DNA of 61,764 bases, the filler included, from Dugesia japonica (lineage: Eukaryota): NCBI GenBank assembly GCA_001938525.1. It is 6 parts of 6 records of this genome, joined end to end, with 100 filler letters (N's around TTAATTAATTAA, not from the genome) between each part and the next. Parts side by side here need not be neighbours in the genome. Positions count along the whole stretch, not along the records: positions 53,214 to 61,764 come from MQRL01634852.1; 5 more parts are not named here. One strand, 5' to 3'. Positions 53,473-61,764 of this stretch are shown here, piece by piece. The position numbers were made by a program, and so were the translations under genes. The notes beneath the pieces were generated by a model. It was not told the DNA's origin. It was given only the letters and a program-made list of their open reading frames with translations, and ran no database searches. Within the stretch, counting starts at the first letter, position 1, and each line of letters begins with the position of its first letter.

Positions 53473-54821
53473 TTTGCTCGTTTTATAGAAAATTATCTAG
53501 AGAGAGTAACGCAAATTTCTGTGGTTGCTAGGTATTATCCCCCAGACAGAAAAGATATTTGAAAGAGAATCAATTACAATGGAGAGAGTAAAACGAGAGA
53601 TCAAAATAAATAATATTAAAACATCGAAAAAGCCTTGCAACCCAACAAAAATTTTTTTACCGGTCGTCTATTTTTTTAAGGTCATCTTTTTTATTTTTCT
53701 AGGTCATCCAATGTCATTAGTAACACTTCCAGATAGAGAATTAAAAAGTAACATAGGAATGTGTAATGAACTTGTATCGTAAAATGCTTCCTTCCTGTTG
53801 AAAAATAGGCACCGCATGATATCGCACCGTAATTTACATCTTTGGACGCATAATTACACAACGGACTAATTGGTGTATGGAAAGATTTCTAGTGACGTAA
53901 TCCTAAAAAGTTATTAAACAAAGAAATCTTTAAAAGTGGGTAAAAGGCGCAATTTTGAATTTTTGAAAATTGTTTCTCGTACAATTTGGTAAAGGATTAA
54001 ATCTATCTATACATTGTTTAAAATATAAGTATGTGAAAATCTATACTTTACAACTAAATTACATAAGAAAGAACAAAGAACTTTTAAAAAATATTTTTAA
54101 AATGAGTTTTTGGCACCGTTTCTTTATCAACATGTTTCAAACTTGATATAATTAAAATGGTAATGAGATGATAAATACGTCTGTCATGTTTTCAAAAACG
54201 TTTGATAAATATTTATCGAGTTATTGGATATTTAAACTTTAAACATGAATAAAAAATGAATAAATTAACTACTGACAAATTGTAAATAGATTAAATTTAT
54301 TTTAAAAAGATTATATTAAATTTTAAAAATGTTAATATGTTGCATTCGTGGTGCATATGTCATATTTAATAAAAATGAACACACATACAAATAGTTTGTT
54401 ATATTTTCATAGACTTTTAAGTAATTTTTTTAAAGAAAATTTCACCGACTTCTATGTAATTTTTAAATTTTTTATAGACTTTTATGTAATTTTCAAAAAC
54501 TTTTCCCATTGGTTTACATAGGAATTTCAAAATTTTTGGTGACTTCTATGTAATTTGTAAAGTATTTCAACGACTTCTAAGTAATTTTTATAAAATATCA
54601 CTGATTTCTATTTAACTTTTAAAATTTTTTGGGACTTCTATGCAATTAATTTATTAAAAATTGCAATGACTACTATGTATTTTGCAAATATTTTAACGAC
54701 ATCGAATTAATACCGTTGAAATATCTATGTAAGATAACACACAAAAAACAATTATGGTAAAAAATTATTTAAATCACTGACATGTCTTTTATTACACATT
54801 TAAAAATTCAATCAATATGTC

Positions 54822-55040
54822 TTAATCAGTTATTTCTTTATCATTTATTTCCTCATTGGACTGTGAATCAGTCATTTCCTTAGCAATCATATCCTTATTT
54901 GTATTTGTGTCAAGCATTACTTCTTCAGAAATATCATCATTTGGAGGCATATCGGTTATTTCTTTATCAATAATGACATCATTTGGTTGTGCATCAATAA
55001 TTTTCTCAATAATAATATCATCATTTGGTTAAATATCTGC
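54822..55040 (-). pseudogene. 42-bp coding repeat encoding acidic 14-aa units
   Basis: PNDDIIIEKIIDAQ/PNDVIIDKEITDMP/PNDDISEEVMLDTN/TNKDMIAKEMTDSQ/SNEEINDKEITD. Confidence 0.5.
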
Positions 55041-55412
55041 TCTGATGTTGTATCTATTTCATCTATCTCTACATTAATTTCTTGAAAATCATCTACTATT
55101 TAAGAATTATTTAGATTAATATTAGTTATTATTATTATATTGATCCGATGAAGTTATATGTTCAATCATATCGTCTATAATATTATACAAATCCCTTACT
55201 AATCAATTGTTAAGTTTATATTAGTCCTTTGTTTATCTTACACTTTTATTGCTTAACACGTATTTATGTTGTACACATGTATTAATATGTATAAAATTTT
55301 AATATTTCCCCGGGAGCATTTAATATTAATATTTTAAATAGATGAGTATATTTGNNNNNNNNNNNNNNNNNNNNNNNNNNNNNNNNNNNNNNNNNNNNNN
55401 NNNNNNNNNNNN

Positions 55413-56590
55413 GTATAGGGTTTATTGTATCTTTTAACTAGTTCAATTGATGTATTTATATGTATTTAATGTTATTAGGTTTATTGTGAGTGTATTGTAT
55501 GAAATTATTAGGTTTATTGTATGTATTATATGACTATATAGAGTTAATTTATGTATTATATGACTATAGGGTATATTGTGTGTATTTAAATGATTTTATT
55601 TGGTTAAATATATGTATTATATGACATTATTGGATGTAATTTATAACATTATTTCATGTATTATGCGTATTATATGACATTATTTTGTATATTGTGGGTA
55701 TTATAGTGTATATTGTATGTATTATGCGAGTATATAGAGTATATTATGTATGCATTATATAATTTTATAAGGTTTATTGTGTATATTATATGACATTATT
55801 GGGCATATTGTATGTATTATATGATATTATTTCGTGTATTTCATGTAATATATGAATATAGGGCATATTGTATGTATTTAAGTGACAATATTGGGTTCAT
55901 TGTATGTATTATATGAATATATAGAATATATTGTATGTATTTATGTGACATTAATGGGTTAATTATATGTATCATAGAACATTATTAGGTGTAATTTATG
56001 ACATTATTTAGTATATTGTTTGTATAATATGGTGTATTGTGTGTATTATATCATTATATTGTGTTAATTCTGTGTTATATATGACTTTGTAGATCTTAAT
56101 GTATGTATTATAAAAACATATTGGGTTTAATGTATGAATCCAGTGACTATATGTGGTTTATTGTGTATAAGACCCAACTAGTTTAATGAGCAATAAGCTC
56201 TATTGAGTTTTTTGTTAGACTCTATTGACATTATGTTTTTTTTGTAAAAGTTAGCCATACATCTATGTTATGTTTAAAAATATTACAGATATTTATGCTA
56301 TGTTTGACAATTTAACATAGACGTCTATGCAATTTATGTAAACCTTTATTGACTTCTATGCAATATTTGCGTTATTTTCCCAATGTATTACATAGGATTT
56401 TGTAAATGTTTAGTGACATATATGTTATGTTATGAAAATATTACATAGACATTTATGTTAAGTTTGAAAATATTACATAGACATTTATGTTAAGTTTATA
56501 AATATTACATAGACATTTATGTTAAGTTTGAACATATTACATAGATATACATGCAGTTAATTGAAACATTACATAGACATCTTTACAATT
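55413..56590. repeat. Degenerate ~30-32-bp tandem arrays
   Basis: e.g. TATTGTATGTATTATATGACATTATTGGG variants; ACATAGACATTTATGTTAAGTTTGAAAATATT repeated at ~56440-56580. Confidence 0.8.
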
Positions 56591-56631
56591 TCGAAACATT
56601 TGATCAATAAATTCCTATAAATCATACAAAA

Positions 56632-57013
56632 CATAATAATAACCAAGGAAAACAATACAAAACCATATAATAAACATGTAAATCCCTAAAGAAACCATAC
56701 AATAACCATATATTTACCTTATAAAAACCATATAATAACTCTAGAATTACCTTATAAATAATATGATAATCATATAGTTACCATATAAAACCATGTAATT
56801 AACATATAAAAACATGCAATCATATAAAACCATACAATAACTTTGTTAACTTGTAAAAGTATGACTCATGCTCTTTGTTCTAGTTACACTAGTGTTTCAA
56901 TGTCTTTGTTTAACTAGCATGGCAGATATTATAATAATATAGATCAAAGTGGTATGGTTTTGAAATGTTTTATATTTATTTATTTTGTTTTAATGAATCA
57001 ATTAAAATAATAG

Positions 57014-57055
<42 letters not shown>

Positions 57056-57640
57056 CCAAAAATTACTTGAAAAGCATAATTATGATTGCTAATATTAATT
57101 ACAAAGGGAAAATTTCCAAAGAGATTATAAGTAAAATGAAATTTCCAATTGGAAAACCTTTACAATTTGTTGAAAAAAGTGAAAAATATACTTAAGTATT
57201 CTTTAAATAGTGTAAATAGTTGATGAGTCATACCTGAACAACACAAGTGCAACTCAAACAAAGACATTGAAACACGAGTGCAACTAGAACAAAGAGCATG
57301 AGTCATACTTTTACAAGTTAACAAAGACATTATAGGTTTGCAAGTAGGTATACAAAAGGACGAATATTAATCAAACGTAAGGTTTTTATAAATTTTTGTA
57401 GAGTTTTATATGATAATTATATGGTTTTACATGTTATTATAATGTTTCTAGAAATTATAAAGTTATTGTATTGTTTTATATGTTAATTACATGGTTTTAN
57501 ATGGTAACTATATAATTATTATAGCATTTAGAAGGGAATTCTAGAGTTATTATATGGTAAAATGTATGGTTATTGTATGGTTTCTTTAGGGATTGACATG
57601 ATTATTATATGGTTTTGTATTGTTTTCCTTGGTTATTATG
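56632..57640. repeat. Long inverted repeat (arms ~56632-56920 and ~57250-57640)
   Basis: TTAACTTGTAAAAGTATGACTCATGCTCTTTGTTCTAGTT and TAACCAAGGAAAACAATACAAAACCATAT have reverse complements in the right arm. Confidence 0.88.
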
Positions 57641-59056
57641 AAGTCTACAAGGGTACTGTGAGTTTTTGAAGTCTAAATATATATATATATATATATACTT
57701 AGTACAGACTTAATATTTTGCAAGGGATGAGGCAATCTCTTCATTTTGCATGGAATAGTGCAGTTTAAATACATATGCTCAGAGTAGTCCAAATATATAT
57801 GATCAGAGCAATCTAAATATATATGCTCAAAGGTATTTAATTAAAGGTATTTAAAGAATAAGACATTAACTTTTTTTATAAGTTAATTAGTTTAAATAAA
57901 CTATTAATTATTTTCATGGATTGTTTCAGTAACAGTTTTGTTTTCCTTCAATACCATTACATTACCTCATCCGCCATACAACATTTTAACAGAAAGAATA
58001 CATTAAGGTCAGATAGCACACGATTGAATCCGTTCATAAATGAACTTAGCAATCAGCTTGCGTAGTTCTTACTAATCTAAGCTCGATTTATAGTATGTGC
58101 TTCTCTGGCAGCAGTGCTTTCGAATATGCTTACACCCGGTCATATTTTGTAGTGAAAAGTTCCTAGCTAATGTTTTTCAGACAATTATCACTAATGATAT
58201 GCTTTTTAATAGCAAATTAACTCGCTAATATGTTTTCTAATAGCAAGTTACCTCGCTAATATGTTTTTTTGAAAAAATTTCACTACTAATATGTTTATAG
58301 AAAAATGTCACTATTATTATGTTTTTTATAGAAAAATATCACTAGTAATATGTTTTTTAATTGCAAATTACCCCACTTATATGTTTTATATGTCAAATTA
58401 TATCGCAAATAAGTTTTAAATGGCAACTTATCTCATTAATATGTTTTGTATGGAGAAATGTCACTACTAATATGTTTATATGAATGTATAGGACTATAAG
58501 TATATTATCTACATAGTTACCATGTATTGTTTACATAGCAACGGTGTAATTTATGGTTTACGAAGGTATTATTTACATAGCAGCCATGAAAAACTTTCAT
58601 AGCAACTGCGTAATTTAAGGTTTATGTCGGTATTATTTACATAGGTTAATGAGTGTATAGGGTTTATGATTGTATAAGTTTTATGAATATGAAATATTTT
58701 CAAATATATATATACATCTTAAATTTTATGTATAAATACCTTATAAGCCTATATAAAAAACGTATAAGCAAATATTTTTATGAATGCATATGGTTTTTAA
58801 GTATAAAGTGTTTATGAATGCATAGGGCTTATGTGTGTATAGTGTTTATAAGTGTATTGAGTATATGGATGTATAGAGGTTTATGAATGTATACAGTTTA
58901 TAAGTGTATAAATTACAAATAAATAACATGTATAAACAAATTAATAAATACCTTTGTTTGAATTTTTGTTCTTGATCAGGCTGGATCGAATGAGCGGTTT
59001 TATGGAAAAATATCTAATACTATAGTTTTTATATGTGATACTGTTATTTTTTCTAC

Positions 59057-59515
59057 TCACACCATCTTATCGACCGTGTTTAGCAGTGCTACTTTGTTTG
59101 ACTGAATGCTGTATAATTGATGATTTTTGGCCGTTATTCTAAATGGTTCTACCGAGACCGATTTGTTCTCATTATAACAATCAAGGTAAGACTGATAAAA
59201 AATTTCTGTTTTCTTCAATGTTATGCATTTTGCTTTCATGCTGTTCTTTTCTCAGAGCAGGCTATAGCATTTCGGCTTTAAAAATACTCATTCCTAGTAC
59301 TTCTTCCTTTTAATCTTATCTTTGAATTTCCCTATAACTGAATTCATGCTGTTACTATAAAGGGCATGATTTTTATCATAATTCAAAGTATCAAGTAGCT
59401 GATCTCTCATCATACTTGCTGTGATTGTTTCTAATTTAATGTTTTCTTTATCTAAATAGAAACTATCTTTATCACTGATTCCAATATTAATTTTACAATT
59501 ATATTCCTTTTAAGG
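59057..59515 (-). pseudogene. Polinton pPolB C-terminal remnant, second copy
   Basis: SDKDSF, LLDTLNY..NH.LYS, VIGKFKD, FLKPKCYS, MKAK.ITLK, RITAKNHQLYSI..NKVAL; paralogous to 30.4-30.7 kb. Confidence 0.88.
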
Positions 59516-59527
59516 AACAAATCTATG

Positions 59528-60268
59528 TCAATTCTTTAATCCATCACTTTCCCATATTAATCTTGTTAATCCAGTAGAATCTATTTTCCAATGTTGTGAT
59601 ATATAAATTACTTCTTGTGATAGACAATTTCCATTACTGTTTCTCAATGTTGGTAGCCTTGATTCCCGAATGACGTATGAAATTTTGATAAGTTTGTAAT
59701 GATAGGTGCTGTCAGCCCTTCTTTCTTTAAATTTCTTTGACTTTGTATTGTTTTTCGTTGTCCTAAGTTCATTACGCCATACTTCCAATGTGGGTCGGTC
59801 ATATTGGATTGCATAAAATTGTTGTGCTTGATCTGTTTCTACTAACACTTCTAATTTCCAATAATGTTTTTCCAGTTTCACTTGTACTGAATGACTCTTA
59901 CTTGGTATTGCTGGTGTAATCATAAATCCAAAAGGAAATTTATTATTACTAGCACTTCTCGTGACTCTTTCCAATCCTCTTTTCGATATTGTCAATATTC
60001 TATTATGCGAATACTCGATATACATTCTATGTTCTGTAATAATATCTTCATAGTTCAAAAATTTGTCTCCGTTTACAAACTTTAATGTAACTAAGAATAT
60101 TATAACATATATCCATTTACTCATCATTTTCAGTGATCGGCTTGCTGAATTAATTGTTCTTGTAATTCTCCGTAAATTGTTTTCTTTCCATTCATTCATC
60201 GTCGTCATTCTAACTCCCGTATTTACCGAAAACATTGCGATTAAGACTATTAAACATAAGACAAACAT
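59528..60268 (-). CDS. Secreted/envelope-like ORF (246 aa) of probable retroelement origin
   Basis: Two signal-peptide-like hydrophobic segments (MFVLCLIVLIAMFSVNTG; WIYVIIFLVTLKFVNG) and furin-like RVTR|S. Confidence 0.45.
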   Translation of the reverse strand: MFVLCLIVLIAMFSVNTGVRMTTMNEWKENNLRRITRTINSASRSLKMMSKWIYVIIFLVTLKFVNGDKFLNYEDIITEHRMYIEYSHNRILTISKRGLERVTRSASNNKFPFGFMITPAIPSKSHSVQVKLEKHYWKLEVLVETDQAQQFYAIQYDRPTLEVWRNELRTTKNNTKSKKFKERRADSTYHYKLIKISYVIRESRLPTLRNSNGNCLSQEVIYISQHWKIDSTGLTRLIWESDGLKN

Positions 60269-61764
60269 AGTCGTTGTTGTGAAGTATCTAATCCCAGTTG
60301 TTCTGTTACATCGTCATTTTTGTTTTTCGCCAGTTTCTTGAGCATAATTTGAGACAATCTCTTTGCGTTCATTTCCTTGTTCATCTTTTGCTGAAGATTT
60401 TAGTAATGCAGAATTTTTTTCTTCTTCTCGTTTCGTTGATATCCTTTAAAATTTCAGTTTATCTTCTGATTTTGTCCATTTTTGTTGAGACTTTGTCTTG
60501 TGATGTGTCTCTTGCTTGCCAACTCTTCTGTGAGTCCAAGCATTTCTGATTTCTTCTAAGCTTTTGAGATCTTCTTCAAGGAAAGGTTTACAATTTTCAA
60601 TTTCTTCCATTAATACTAAAATTACTTCATCACATTGTACAATTCCTTCCTTAATATTTTTTTTGTTCGTCAGAAGAATCTTTTCCTGTCGAGTCTATTG
60701 TTTCAGGTTGTTGTTGTTTCTTTTCTTCAGCCAATTTCTTGATCTTTATTTCAAATTTTTCTCTTGCTTGATTTGGTTTTCCTTGCCTTTGATTTTCTAA
60801 ATTTTCTTCCATACTTCATCTTTTATTTTCTTCATCTCTAGTGAATCTTATTCGTTAAAATGTGGAGCTCTTCCAGAGTCTTCGCAGTATTCCAGCAACC
60901 CACTTTTGGTTCCCGCCGTAAAATCCTTATCGCTGTCTTCTTCACTTTGTGATATATTATTCCTATACTTTCTTTCTTTTCTTTCTTTTTCTTGTAAAAC
61001 CATACGATTACTTATTTTATCAATTTTCCCTATAGCATTTTGTAGCGGTCCTTCGTTATTTTCATTTTTCCTAGATTTGTTAAGCGTGCTTTGACTTTTA
61101 CCCTTCACAGTTTCTTTTTCTCGTTTGTCTTGCTCTTTGAAGCGGGCTCCCAAATGTTCTTTGATATTCTGATCTTTTAATTTATCGAACGTCTGATTAT
61201 CTTCTTGCTCTAATTTTGCCTCTTGCATTTCTTGTTTATAATCTGGATAAACTTTTATTTGTTTCTTTGTTTTCCGTTTTAACTCATGCCATTTTTCTAT
61301 ATTTTCTAATGATTTTAATAATTCTTTTTGATCGCGCATTTCTTGATTTTTGAGATGATCCTTCTACATCTGTTTTAGTTGCAGTTTTATTTCTTCTGTA
61401 ATTCTAAGATCAATGTTACTTTCTTTAAATTTATCATACAAATGCCATTCATTTTGCAGNNNNNNNNNNNNNNNNNNNNNNNNNNNNNNNNNNNNNATTG
61501 GCCATTCTTTAAAGTCTTGTGCTAATTGTAGCGATCTTTCTTGGTTTTGACAGTTTTGATTTCCCATTCGGCTTCTGTTCCCTTTTTCTCTCCTCCTAGG
61601 TAAATCGACATCCTTGGAGATTCTTCTTTGAATTTGCCAACTCTCTGATGATACTTTATCTTCTTCTGTAACTTCTTTATTTTCTATTTTATGAATTTTG
61701 TTTTTGATTTCTTCATCCGCCTTCAATTTTATTTGTAACATAGCTTTATGAAATTCGTCTACTG
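60269..61764 (-). pseudogene. Long Lys/Glu-rich coiled-coil reading frame with stops, upstream of the env-like ORF
   Basis: ORFs 61364-61741 and 60848-61339 share a frame and K/E/Q-rich text continues to 60269. Confidence 0.55.

Overview
Very AT-rich animal DNA. A spliced ADAMTS gene, ~45-55 nt introns and (AAT)n tracts look planarian/flatworm-like, but the organism is only an inference. The window is six contigs joined by artificial 100-nt linkers (N44-TTAATTAATTAA-N44): 1-9911, 10012-22563, 22664-32066, 32167-40964, 41065-53113, 53214-61764. Most recognisable content is decayed transposable elements: Ty3/Gypsy gag-pol, pogo/Tigger, three mariners, hAT/Buster and a hAT MITE, a Chapaev3-like CMC element, several Penelope-like fragments (one with a minimal hammerhead ribozyme), and scattered Polinton/Maverick genes (major capsid x2, protease, pPolB x2, integrase-chromodomain). 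Host-like genes are eight exons of an ADAMTS9/20/GON-1-type protease and a small orphan 4-exon gene. The most unusual item is a four-ORF cassette (A-B-C-D) of small orphan proteins in two diverged, purifying-selected copies (13.2-15.3 kb, 18.4-20.3 kb). Each readable ORF follows a splice acceptor. Copy 1 ends in a conserved terminus (...CCCCAACA) abutting a (TTA)n microsatellite, and other TGTTGGGG termini sit in similar tracts. This suggests an uncharacterised gene-carrying, microsatellite-associated mobile element family.
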